From Lama glama (Eukaryota), in contig CM052817.1 in the NCBI GenBank assembly GCA_028534125.1, positions 42,906,001 to 42,970,000 of the forward strand: a stretch of DNA of 64,000 nucleotides. Direction: 5' to 3'. A program made the position numbers and the translations under genes. Positions 27,272 to 39,740 of this stretch are shown in pieces. The notes below the pieces were generated by a model that was not told the DNA's origin, made no database searches, and saw only the letters and a list, made by a program, of their open reading frames with translations. How positions within the stretch are numbered: position 1 is the stretch's first letter; every line of letters starts with the position of its first letter.

Positions 27272-27443
27272 TATGAGGATATATTGTACAACACAGGGAA
27301 TATAGCCAATATTTTATAATACTTATCAATGGAGTATAACCTTTAAAAATTGTGAATCACTTGTTGTACGCCTGTAACTTATATAATAGTGTACATCAAA
27401 TATACTTCAATCAAATAAATAAGTAAATAAATAAATAAATAAC
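27272..27443 (+). mobile_element. Younger 5'-truncated L1 tail nested in old L1
   Basis: aggatatattgtacaacacagggaatatagccaatattttataat...tatacttcaat followed by (taaa)n tail. Confidence 0.9.
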
Positions 27444-30400
27444 ATTTTTTTAAAAGGCAAAAGTAGTATATTTTAGGGAAAACCAAACCTCAGATAATTT
27501 TTTTGTATCAGACTTCCATTAAAGAAATGTTAAAGTAATTCTTCAGGCTAAAGAAAGATAAAAACACATGGCAAGTTCAACATACACAAGAAATCTATGC
27601 ATGCCAATATCATAAATATGTGGTAAATCTAACAAATGTTTTAGTCATTTTTGAGGTTTCTTTAAGAAATAAGAAAATATTTTAAAATAATAGTAATAGT
27701 ATTTTGAGGTATATAATATGGGAAAAATTATAACAACAATATAACAATGGATTGAAGCATGAAATGGAAGTATATAGCTCTAAAATTATTATAGTATGCA
27801 TAAAATGATATAATATTTTTGAAAATAGATTATAAGGTAAATAATGCACAAACTGAGTGAAATAAAACATAGGTTGCTAATACAAAAATGTATCTAAAAA
27901 CAAACACTACAAAATAGTCAATTAAACAAATTCAAATGGAAACAGAAAAAGAAGAAAGAGGAAAAGAGAATACAAAGACAAAAAAAAATAAATAGGATAA
28001 TGGTAAAACTAACCTCAACCATGTTAATAATCATGCTACATATAAACTGTCTAAAATTTCCAGTAAAAAAGCAAAGATTTTTCAAACTGAACAAAAAATC
28101 ATGACTGAATCATAGACTATTCACCAAAAAGTGAACTTATAATATAAAGACACAGATTAAAAGTAAAAGAATGGAAGAACAAAAAACATGCACACACTAA
28201 AAGAAAACTGAAGCAGCTATAGCAGTATCAGGAAAAGTGCACTTCAGGAGAAGGATATAACAGAATATAAAATAGACTTTTCCAAGTGACAAGTGTCAAT
28301 TAGCTAAGAAAAAAGAGCAATATTTAATATGTATACTCTAAATAATAGTACTTCAAAATACTTAAAGCAAAAGTTGAAAGAACTAAAAAGAAAAAGAGAC
28401 AAATCCAAAAAGACAGTTGGAGATTTCAACACTTCAACAAATCAATAGAATACAAAGACACAAAAAATGAGGACAGACAAAACTTGAATGGCAAAATTAA
28501 TCTACCTGACATAACTGACATTATAGAACTCATTCCAACAAAGCAAGCTTAAATAAACTTAAAAGGATTAATATTATATAGAGCTTATATTCTGATCATA
28601 ATGGTATTAAACTAGAAATCAATTTAAAAATATCTGGAAATGCCCAAATAGTTAGAAATTAAACAACACTCTTCTGAAGAACACATAGATCAAGTGAAAA
28701 CACAAAAAGTGAAATTAAAAACTATTTGACCTCATAGAAAAAAATATACAACACATCAAAATTTGTGGGATGTAATGAAAGCTGAGCTTAAAGGAAATTT
28801 ATTGCTTTGATTTAAATATTCATGTTGAAAAAGAAGAGCCTAAAATAAGTGATATGAAGTTCCACTTTATGAAGCTAAAATCAAATAGAATATTAAGTAT
28901 AAAAAAGCAAAATAAAAGAAATAATACTGATATGCTAAATCAATTAACATATAACTAAAAATATAGACAAACAATAACAAAAAAAGCTAGTTCTCCAAAA
29001 AAAATGGAAAAACCCCTAACTAGACTAATCAAGGAAAAAAGAAGACAGAAAGAGCAAACAAGTAAATTCAACAATTTATGTGAAAAGAACAAACTACTTG
29101 AAAGACAGAAATTACCAACAGTGCACAAAACAGCCCTAGATGTAGTAAGGAAATTAAATTTGTAAACAAAAATTTTCTCACGAAGAAAAGCAAAACCACA
29201 AGCCCGAATAGCTTTCTAGCTGAAATGTAGCAAACAGTTAAGGAAGGAATCATTCTAATGCTACAGAAAATATTTTAGAACATAAAGAGGAGGGAACACT
29301 ACCAAACTCACTTTAAATGGCAAGCATTACCTTGATACCAAACCAAAGACATTACAAAAATAAGACAACTCAGAGACCAGTAACTCTCATGAACACAGAT
29401 GCAAAAAGGAAAAAATCATAGTATTAACAAATGAAATCCAGCAACATTGTAAAAGTTAATGCATAATGACCATGTAGGGTATACCCAAAGAATGTATGGT
29501 TGGTTTAACATTTGAAAATTAATCGATTTACTTAATCAAACTAGGGTATTAAGGAGAAAAATAATAGTCATCTCAATAGATACAGAAAGTTCATTTGACA
29601 AAATTGTATACACAATCATGTTAAAAATTATCAACAAATTGGAAATAAAAGAACCTTCTTCAACCTGATAAAGGATACTTATAAAAAAAAAAGCCTGTAA
29701 GTAATATCATAATGGAGAAAGATTGAACACTTTCTCCCTAAAATAGGAAACAAAGCAAGAATATCCTCTCACTACTCCTACTTAATACTTTCCCTACTCT
29801 ACCCAGTGCAATGACATAAGAAAACAAAATAAAACAACACAAAAGCATGCAGAGTGGAAAGGAAGAAGTAAAATTGTTTGTACATAGACAACCCTACAGA
29901 TTCTTAAAAAAAAAAATAGAACTAATACATGATTTTAACAGCCACAATATAGAATGTCTGTATACAAAAATCATCTCTATATCTAAATACTTGGAGCAAA
30001 CCACTGGAAAATATAATTTTTAAAATTCTACTTATAATAGCATTAAAATATGAATTACTTAATGATAAATTTAACAAAATATATGAACTACTTGTAGAGT
30101 GACAACAACAAAAAATATTGCTGAAAGAAATTAATGAAAAATTAAAGAAAAATTTTAAAGGTGGTTTCATATACTATGATCACGGATTAAAGATTCAATA
30201 TTTAAGATGTAAATCTTTCCCAAACTGATCTATACATTTGACAGAATCCCAGATAAAAATCCCATCATGCCTATTTTGTGGACATTTACAAATTTATTCT
30301 AAAAATTATAGAAACACAAAGAACCTAGAACACTAAACACGACTTTGAAAAAGAAAAAAGGTGAAAGTATATACTACCTCATTTCAAGATTCACTGTAAA

Positions 30401-30929
30401 GCTATCAAGAATTAATACAGTGATACTGACAAAATGTACAATGGAATAGAATAGTTAGCTTGGAAAAAGAACCACACCTGAATTCATTTTCAAGCCCAGT
30501 GTCTAAGTACTTTGATGGAAAGGGACAGTTCATTCAACAAATACTGTTGAACAGCTTACTATCAAAAGGTTTAAAAGTGAACCTCATCTATTCTGTCACA
30601 CAAATTTTAACCTAAAATGTATTTTAAACTTAAACATAAAAGTTAATGGAATAAAACTTCAAAACAAAACATAGGAGAAAATCTCCATGACCTTTATGGT
30701 CAGATTTTCTTAGAACATAAAGCATTACTGAAGAAAAACTTGATAAACTGGACTTCATCAATATTAAAACTTTTGGCATTAAAAGTTTTCCAAAATAAAA
30801 AAAAGAATCCTTATAACACAATACTAGGAAAATGAATTATCCAATTTTTTAAAGGGGCAAAAAATTGACAAGACATTTAATAAAGTAAATATATGAATGA
30901 CTAATAAGGACATGAAAAGATGGTCAACA

Positions 30930-33438
30930 GAACTTATGCTTCTGGCCAAGATGGAGTTTCAGAAAAAAAGATTTTTCCTCCTGCCTGAAAAACTAAAATA
31001 CTGGATAAGTATGTGAAACAATGGTTCTCAAGACATTGGAAATCAAGCAATGAGAGATCAGCTAACCTAACAAGATTACTCCTATGATGGCTTCAGCATA
31101 CCACTTGGAGAAAATGTCCAGGCCATGGTGTATAACAGGAGAAATTAGATGGAATGCAAAAGTCTCCCTGAGTTGAAGAAAATGTTGTAAGTCTGTGACA
31201 GTCAAGACAGCCAGACTTTGTAGGACACGGTACCAAAGAGAAGAGAACTGAGAAGACAGAGAATTCTAGAGATCTGAAGAAAGTCTCCTCTGAGTATTCA
31301 GGATTTATGAGAAGAAACTACTAAAAACTGGAGAGAAGACATCAAGAAGCATTAGAAAGGACACTGCCCAGAGCACACCCAGAGCCAGACTTGTTTGTTC
31401 TTATCAGACAGATTGTAAAGGCTCACACTTCAGGGACATTTGGTAGAGCATTCAGAAGTGTTTTCTCGCAGTACTGGGGTAAATTAGCCATTGATTAAAT
31501 AGTGTTATGGTCGTGTTTAACAAAGCTTAAAAGCAAGAACTGAAAGAATCAAGCTGTTTCCAAGTACCACAACATAAATACATAAATATTCAGAAATAAT
31601 TATAGGATTGCAAAACTTCCAGGATCTAACAAGTTAAAATTTACAATGTCTGGTATCAAATTAAAAATTAAAAGGCATACAAATAAATGATCACAATGAG
31701 AAAAGTCAATAAACTCAATGCAAAACAAATATGACACAGATGATAGCATATACAAGTATATTAAAGTTATTCTAACTGTATTCAATATGTTCAAGAAGCT
31801 AGAGAAAAAACTGACATTTAAGCAGAGATATGGAAGATATATTCCTTAAAAGGACCAAATTGTATTTCTAGAGTTGAAAGCAAGGTCTTAATGAAAATAC
31901 AACTGATGGGATTAACAGAGTAGATATTGCCAGAGAAGAGAATAGTGAGCTTTAAGACATAGTTAAGAAAAAAAAAAAAAAGTTATCCAAAAGTACTAGT
32001 ACTAAACATTACTTGCACTAAACATGAAGTAAATCATAACACTTGAAGACAGATTGAGATAAGCTAAAAATTATACTATGAACACCAACGCAACTACTAA
32101 AATTACACATCAAAAAATTATAAGTAACAATAAAACAAAGGTGATAAAATTAAATCATTGAAAAAAATCTCTATTAATGCAAAAGAAAGCAGACGAGAAG
32201 GGAAAAGGGAACAAATAACAAACAAAAAAGCAATATAGCAGAACTAAACCTAACCATACGAATGTAAATGACCTAGGACCTAAATGTCACAAAAGCAAAG
32301 ATTAGCAGATTAGATAGAAAAAGATCCAACAAAATGCTTCCCACAAGAAATACTGTTTATATATAAAGACACACTAGATTAAAAGTAAAAAGATGAGAAA
32401 AAATATACCAGGATAACACTAATCAAAGGCACACTGAAGTGGCTCCATTAATATTAAAGTAAATTTCTGAGTAAACAATATCACTAGGGATAAAAAGGAT
32501 CACTCTACAAGGATAAAGAAGTCAATTCACCAAAGGACATAACAATTCTAACCATTTATTAACCTAATAACAGAGTTTCAAACACAGAAACTGACAGAAC
32601 TGGAAGGAAAATAGATAAATCTACACTTAGAAGGAGATTTCAGCTCTCCTCTCTCAATAATTGATAGAACAAGTAGACAGAAAATCATTAAAGATATAGA
32701 AGACAAACAACACTAACAACAAAATTGGTATACTTGGCATTAATAAAGCATTCCACCAACAATAGCAGAATATGCATTCTTTTCAAGTGCACATGATCAT
32801 TTACCAAGACAGAACTGTATTCTGGGTCATAAAACAAGTCTAATAAATTTAAAGGATTTCAAGTCTTATAAGGTATACTGACTATCTGACCACAAATAGA
32901 TTAAACTGGAAATGTATAAAAGTATCTGAAGAACTCTCAAATAACAAACTTCATGGGTCAAAGAAGAAGTCAAAAGAGAAATTATAAAGTATTTTGAATT
33001 GCATGAGAATGAAAAATACAACATATCAAAATCTATGGGATGTTTTTAAGGCAGTACTAGAAGGAAATATATAGCACTAAATGTCTCTATTAAAGTAGGT
33101 CTTAAATCAATAACACCACGTTCCTTAGAAAAGGAAAAACAATTAAACCCAAAGTAATTAAAAGAAATAAAATAATAAAAATCAGAGCAAATATGAATTG
33201 AATAGAAAACAGAAAATCAATTGAGAAAATCAATGCTTTTCAAAGTGCTTCTTTAGGAAGACCAATAAAAGTAATAAGTCTCTAACAAGACTAACGGGGA
33301 ACAAAAAAAGAGATAACACAGATAGCTAATGCCAGGAATAACAGAGGCAACTTCACTACAGATTCTGCACATATTAAAAGGACAATAAGGGAACAGTATA
33401 ACAACTTTATTCTAGTGGATTTGACACCTTAGATTAAA
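30930..33438 (+). mobile_element. Nested L1 with 5' UTR, internally deleted ORF1, ORF2 endonuclease region; 3'-truncated
   Basis: Begins with an L1MD-like 5' end (cttctggccaagatggagt); flanked by 15-bp TSD aaaagatggtcaaca (30915-30929) / aaaagatgctcaata (33439-33453). Confidence 0.8.
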
Positions 33439-34524
33439 AAAAGATGCTCAATATCATTAATCAGTAGGGAAATGCAAAGCAAAACAAACATATGATACCA
33501 CTCGACATCTATTTGAATACTAAAATTAAAGACATTAACCTTTTCAAGGGTTGGTGAGGAAGCAAAGCAATTGGAATTTCACTTACTGTTAATGGGAATG
33601 TACAAGAGTAACCACTTTGGAAAACTTGTTCACAGTTTTTAAAAGGTTAAACATATACCTGACTCATAACCTAGCCATTCTGCTCCTATGTATTTACCAC
33701 AATGAAAGCATATGTCTATTCAAAAATTTAAACACAAATGTTCATAGCAATTTTATTTGTATGGCTAAAAAGTAGAAACAGTCCAGATGCCAATCAACAG
33801 GTGAATGGAATGTACATTTAGTATATCCATACGGTGGAATGCTACTCAACAATAAAAAGCATGAACTACTATATACACAACATCCTTGATAAAAATTAAA
33901 ATAATTGTGCTAAGTGAAAGATGACAAATAAGAGTACATAATATATGATCCTTCATATATAAAATTCTAGAATTTTCAAACTACTTATAATAACAGAAAA
34001 TAGATGGAGGTTGGGAGGGGAAAAGAGGAATTTCAAAAGGGCACAATGAAACTCTTTGGATATGGATAGTGCATTATCTTAATTACGTGACGGTTTCACA
34101 AATGTATACATATCTTAAAACCTATCAAATTGTACACTTGCAATATGTATAACTTATTATACCAATTGTGTCTTGGAAAAGTTGATCTAAAAGTACTCAA
34201 CCTCTTTAATTATCAGAGAAATACAAATTAAAACCAGAATGAAGTTAACACTGAACACTCACTAGAATGGCTAAATAAATATGACGATACCAAAAGTTGA
34301 GAGTTATGTTTTATTTGGTGGGAGGACTCAAGCCGGGAGGATAGCCTCTCAGATCACGCTGAGGGACTGCTCCGAAGGGGTAGGGGAGGAGCTAGGATAT
34401 ATAGGAGCTTTACAACAAAGACCAGGTAGTTGGAACAATAAAAGATGGCTTGCTATCTAAAGAAAGCCAGGCATCTCAAATTAAAGAATTTAGTGCTTTC
34501 AGGGTCTACCACTGAGCTATACCC

Positions 34525-35020
34525 TACTTGCCAGGTCAGTTTCTTAACACCGCTATGCCTCAGTGTCTCTTGGAAAATGGGGATAAAAGTAGTTCCTATT
34601 CATTAGAACTCTGTGAGAATTAAATGAGAGAAGGTATGTCGGCATTTAGAAAATGCCTGTAAGAGAGTAAGCACTCAGGAATGTTAGTCATGACTATTAG
34701 GTGCTTTACAGATGATGAAACCGAACGAAGCTCATAAAGATTTAATACTTTAGGTACATTATAACTTGGAGGAGGTATGCCACCACATTTAAGAACTCTG
34801 GAGCCACGCAGACCTCATTCACATTACTTTTCTGTCATTTATCATGTATCCAACCCTGAACAAATAATTTCTCTTAGCCTTCATTTCTCTATTTGTAAAA
34901 TGGAGATGATAATTGGGAATAATATCCACTTCATGCTTATTATGAGGATTAAATGAGATCATGTGTTTAACGTGCCTGGTCCAAAGAATGCACTCAGAAA
35001 ATAGGAGCCACTCTTATTGC
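34525..35020 (+). mobile_element. Two MIR copies (about 34525-34700 and 34785-35020) inside the retrocopy
   Basis: atgcctcagtgtctcttggaaaatggggataa...gtgagaattaaatgag...gtaagcactcaggaatgttag; aagaactctggagcca...ttgtaaaatggagatgataa...atgaggattaaatgagatcatgt. Confidence 0.85.
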
Positions 35021-35073
35021 CCGAAGTTATCCAACTGACAAGTGGTCGGACCTGGATTTAAATGCAGTGGCTC

Positions 35074-35235
35074 TAGGGCAGGGAAGGGAATGGCTCAGTG
35101 GGGGAGTGTGTGTTTTGCGTGCCTGGGGTCCCGGGTTCAGTCCCCAATGCCTCCATTTAAATAAATAAATAGATAGATAAACTTAGTTACTTGCCCCCTA
35201 GGGAAAAAAAAAAAAAAAGCAGTATATATATTAAA
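35074..35235 (+). mobile_element. tRNA-derived SINE (camelid type)
   Basis: A box tggctcagtgg, B box gggttcagtcccc, (taaa)n, aacttagttacttgccccc, A-tail; 14-bp TSD aaatgcagtggctc (35060-35073) / aaatgcaatggctc (35236-35249). Confidence 0.9.
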
Positions 35236-35689
35236 AAATGCAATGGCTCCGAATTTCAAGTGCGTGCCCTTTTTTAATAAACTCACTCACCAGCTCCTAG
35301 AATTCTGAAGAATTAGTAGATGCAATCAACACTTGGAAGGCTTTTTTCAAGTGCAATAAAATTAGTTAATTTTCCTCTTTAAAAAAAAAAAGAATTCAGT
35401 GCTTTTCTATGTATGGGAAGAAGCAAACATTTGGGCTCATTGAATTCATTCCTTTGACAAGCACCTAGCTATCTAGGGCCAGTATCCTGTCCTTTCTTAT
35501 TCTGAGTCCCCTCAGGGTGCACCATTGTGAGTGGCTGCAGAGGCTGGGCTGCAGGCATGTCTTCACTGAGGGGTGGTGGCAGCCGCTGATGACTTGATGG
35601 TTTCAGTATTCTTTGTTTACTGATACAGTTTGCAGTATTTTTTGTTCACATGACCAAGTGAAAACTGGAAACTTCTACATGTCAAAGTT

Positions 35690-36490
35690 ATCTAAATAAA
35701 ATTTAAAGGAAAGTAACAATTTAAGAACTATTCCAGCACATATGATGAGTAAAGGGTTAATGTATTACTTAGCTTTTACAAATTAACAAAAACATTCACA
35801 GAGAGGATGAAAGAGAATATTCTACTCGTTCAAAAAAAAAAATTCAAGTAGACAAAAAATATAAAAATGTTCAAACTCATTACTGATGAATGAAATAATT
35901 AGAACATCAATTGACAATATTTGTCTTTTCCAATTGGGTAATATTTGTCTCCTATCACAATGGAAAAAATTTTAAATAATAACATTAGTATTGGTAAGAG
36001 TGTACTAAATTTTATACTCTGCTGGTGGGAATATATAAAGACATATTCTTAAAAGATGGCAATTGAGCAACATGAACCACAAAATATAAATAATTTCATA
36101 TTCTTCTAGCTCTTGCACAAAATTTTGTTTAGGGACGTTCATTATCCTGTGTTTATACTAGTGAATACGTGGAAACAACCTAGATATCCAAAAAAAGATT
36201 ACAGTACACTAACAATGATAAATACTTGCAGACCCAGAGAAGTTATGCTGCAGAAGAACATATGTTCATGAAAATATTCAAATACTATAATGAATATTAT
36301 ATTCGGTATGATTCCAAATTTACAAAGATATATGCCTGGGGCAAAAAAAAAAAAGCCTTGACGTATATCAAGATTTTACATAATTCTTTCTGTGTTAATA
36401 TTTCACTTAAAGGTGACTTTTTTTCTTCCCACTTTTCCAACACTTCTGAAATTTTTTATACTGAAGAATTACTTTCATAATTAGAAATTA
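35690..36490 (+). mobile_element. Old L1 (L1ME-like) 3' region
   Basis: aaagggttaatgt; aaatgttcaaactcattac; ctctgctggtgggaatatataa; ggaaacaacctagatatcca. Confidence 0.7.
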
Positions 36491-36999
36491 CTTTTTCTGA
36501 TTATAAAAGTAGTTTTTCTCTTCCTTTTACTCAAAAGATTTCACCAAGCACCCTTCCTGGTCGCAGCCAGTGTGTGATGTCCCCTCTGTCTGCTTCCCCA
36601 GCACCCTGGACAGGACACAAATCTATCTCCTCAAGTAGGCTGCGAGCGCTGAGGGGGACAGGGCTGTGTCCTGTGCACTGAAGCACCCCGTGAATGCCGA
36701 GAGCCTGAAACAGCCGGCAGAAAAGGCAAAAGTCAATACAAGAAATGGAGAGAGGAGTTGGAAGAGAGCTGGGGTAGAAGAAGAGCATTTTCACCCCACC
36801 TCACCACCACAAGCACAGGTAAATGTAAACCTATATAATGTAGGTTTGCTTTCTTTTTCTCCTTCAAGATTTAGAAGAATAAAAGCCGGTTAATGTTTCT
36901 TAATCCCTTAGTTCAATTTACAACATTGGTACTCAGACCACACCTCTTACAGCCATTTGGACTCCAGTAGTTAACTGCCCCAATTCAATCCCTCAGGAC

Positions 37000-37230
37000 C
37001 CAGAGGCAGTGAAGCACAATGATAAACAAGAACCCTGGGGTCAGACTTCCTGGGGGCAAACGCTGCCCCCACCTCTTACTAGCTACATAACCTTGAACGA
37101 ATTCTCTGTGCCCCGTTTCCCCTTGTAAAATAGGATGACTTTAAGATTAAATGAGTTGCTACATGTATTTAAAACAGCCTGTAATAAAGGGCTACATATG
37201 ATGCTGGTAAAGTAAAATCATAAAGACTAT
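37000..37230 (+). mobile_element. MIR
   Basis: ccctggggtcagacttcctgg...cttactagctacataaccttgaac...ctctgtgccccgtttcccc ttgtaaaatagg...aagattaaatgag. Confidence 0.8.
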
Positions 37231-37792
37231 ATTATCCAGGACATGTAGCAGATAGGCTTTTTGGTTAATATTTACCACAAACATGGCACCAGAATCAGTG
37301 AGTCTATTGTCAGACACGTGTATGGTTGACTAACCTGTCCTGACAAAGTAGTTATAATCATTCACTGGAAAAAAAAATTCAGAAATTAATGAATCCAAAT
37401 AGATTTTCAAGGCTTTCACAATTTTCACATAAGCACTAAAAAGTCATTCTTATTCCTGGTGTAACTTGTAATAGACACCAAATCTGAACAGCACAGAAAA
37501 CTATAAAAGATGTTATTCTGATGAGAAACTTTTACCGTCAATATCTAATTATTCATCATCAAAGTGCAGCTTCATCAAATTACAACTTTACTGTTCTTTT
37601 TAGTTCCATAGTTCCAACAAATGACAGTTTAAAATTGTAAACAAATAAAGACTTCTTTCCATTTCCTTGTTTCTGTCATGCATTTGCAAACTTATAATTT
37701 CTAAATTAATTCAGCTATAAGGATCAAAGAGAGGTGACAGATTTCCATGACTGATCTGATGCTTGCACTCACTCTCCTCTTTCTCTGTGGGC

Positions 37793-37793
<1 letters not shown>

Positions 37794-37834
<41 letters not shown>
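37794..37834. repeat. (TG)20 microsatellite
   Basis: Uninterrupted TG dinucleotide run. Confidence 0.98.
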
Positions 37835-37835
<1 letters not shown>

Positions 37836-37879
37836 TCACCAACAGTTCCTGTATGTCAACAGAGACATAGTGCTGAGAA

Positions 37880-38460
37880 GAAAGCTTGGTGTGGATACTG
37901 GGTCAGAGGCACAAAATGACATGTTTATGACAAGGCACAAACTGTTGTTTTACCTCATCTGCAAGATTTTGTTTGTCTTTTTCAGCCTCAGTAGAGTCTA
38001 TATTCCATATTAAATGCCAAACAAGCCCCCTATGACATTGTGGAAAACTCATTCTGTCTTAATAGTGGCAGAGTCAGTGGCTCAGAGCAGCCCAAATGGG
38101 CCAAGGGAGTGCCTGACAGCTGCAGCTGCAAAAGAGAGAGAGAAAGGGAGAGAGGGGGGAGGCACTTCCTTCCTCTAAGCCCAAAGCGCCGCAAAGCGCC
38201 ATGGATGGCTCCTAAACACAACTGGCCCTTTTGGCAGAGCTTCTGCATATTGGGTGTGCAAAACAGTTGCCTGTAGGCTTGTTTAAAAGAATAGAAAGAA
38301 AAAATAAGTGAGAGAGAGGAGAAAAAAAACATTTAATTAAGCCATAGAGCTAAGGAAATAAGAGGTTTCCAATTCCACCTCTATTGCTAAATCAAATTTA
38401 ATTTAAAAATTAAAATTGTCAATTTCAATGTCAAATGAATTCATACTGGCCTGTTTTTTC
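37880..38460. promoter_or_regulatory. Candidate conserved enhancer-like sequence
   Basis: Repeat-free; tgtttac (FOX-like), tgacagctgcagctg (MEIS plus E-boxes), ttaattaa and other homeodomain cores. Conservation not tested. Confidence 0.35.
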
Positions 38461-39369
38461 TACTTTGAATCTACTATGCCTATGCATGCTGGGTTTTACA
38501 CCTTCTGAAGAAAATTTTAAGTTTAGAGGGAAGCTATCCCTGTATATAAACATATGTCAAAATAAGAATATGCAGGAAAGTGTCTAAGATTTCCAAAATA
38601 CTGTCATTAATTAAAATATACTGGGCAGCCACCAGATACACAGAACTATTCTAGGAACAATGTAGGAAGATTTGACATGTGTCTCCAAACAACAACAACA
38701 AAAAATACAAGCTTAAGGTTTAAATATTTCAGGTAAATCTACTTTTTCTTCCCTAAATTACCCAAATTATCACATCAAATGTTGACTTACATTTTTGATG
38801 ACAACTCAACTTAAATTGTAAACACTTTTAATGAAGGTACCAGGAAATATCCCTTTGGAATAAAAGAGAAAAAAATAAATGAATAAATATAAAAAGCCTC
38901 TATCATTTTCTACACCATCACCACCTCCAGCAGTTTCATAAGAAGAACAAAAATATTAGTATCAGTAAGTAACGATATTTAGGCATTGATGTCTTTCAAA
39001 AATTCTAAACATGTCATGAATATTAGCTAATTTATTTATCATGACAGAATGGACAAGGATTGTTTATTACAGACTCTCTGAAATTTCTAGTTACAGTTGA
39101 GATGATTTTATTAAAAGGGTTGTCAAATAATTGCAACATCTTTGTAATGTCTTAGAAGAAATTAAGAGTCAACGTTATTGATACAAGTATTCCTAGCCAT
39201 ATGTTCCTATTCTTTGCTTTTTAAGACATGGTGAGTTTAAGTAGAATTTCCCTGAATTTACCAATGCGACTTTCAGGCACATTTGGTCTCCTAGAAAGGA
39301 ATCTATATTATACCTCTGTGAGGGATGTCTGCAGGGGTAGAAGAGAGGGCAAGAGGGTGACTTGAGATA

Positions 39370-39740
39370 ATCATTGCTAAAATGTTTTATTTGCACATGA
39401 TAATTTCTCCTTTCATAAATATCAGCAAATATGCTTTTCTCCCCTCTCCCTCTCCCTCTCTCTCAGGATATCAGGCAGATAAGAGTTATCAGTAAAGGTC
39501 ATCCTCAATTTCTGTACAGAAATGATCTGTCTCCGGTATGTAATAAACATTTATCCATGCCTTTATTAGCTATATTGAAGCTGACAGTTCTGTTAAACCA
39601 TTTTCTTTCATTTTGCTAGGTCATGACGGTTAATGCTGCTAAAAAATCTCATCACTGCTTTTGATCACTGTATTGTCTTCCCTGTATTATCAGAATTTTG
39701 TGAAGGTAAGCACTGGCTGGAATGACCTATTAAAGTTACA
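39370..39740. promoter_or_regulatory. Candidate conserved element with GATA pair, nuclear-receptor half-site and splice-like signals
   Basis: agataa 39477-39482, ttatca 39486-39491, aaaggtca 39494-39501; two acceptor/donor pairs (see findings). Confidence 0.45.

Larger units (their letters stand above)
26915..34190 (+). mobile_element. Long old L1 (ORF1 C-terminal half, ORF2, 3' UTR) hosting two nested insertions
   Basis: Continuous L1 landmarks 26915-30929, resuming at 33439 (aaagatgctcaatatcattaatcagtagggaaatgcaaa) through the 3' UTR (tcaaattgtacactt, ~34126). Confidence 0.9.
34500..35388 (+). pseudogene. L1-mediated retrocopy of a non-coding polyadenylated RNA 3' end (orphan transduction-like)
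   Basis: 17-bp TSD aaagaatttagtgcttt (34483-34499) / aaagaattcagtgcttt (35389-35405); AATAAA at 35355-35360; A-run from 35381; TT/AAAG target; cargo is MIRs, a SINE and unique sequence. Confidence 0.85.
34296..35650 (-). mobile_element. MER41-like artiodactyl ERV1 LTR, split by an insertion
   Basis: gttgagagttatgttttatttggtgg...agcctctcagat...gagggactgctccgaag...ggatatatagga; second half gtgcttttctatgtatgggaag...tctgagtcccctcagggtgcacc...tttgttcaca. Left terminus appears clipped. Confidence 0.8.

Noticed and set aside
35074..35160. tRNA-like sequence with A and B boxes
   Set aside because: Degenerate, followed by an AT-rich tail and flanked by a TSD, so it is a SINE and not a tRNA gene.
34296..35650. 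Interferon-responsive STAT1 (GAS) enhancer as described for some MER41 LTRs
   Set aside because: I could not find TTCNNNGAA in either LTR half.
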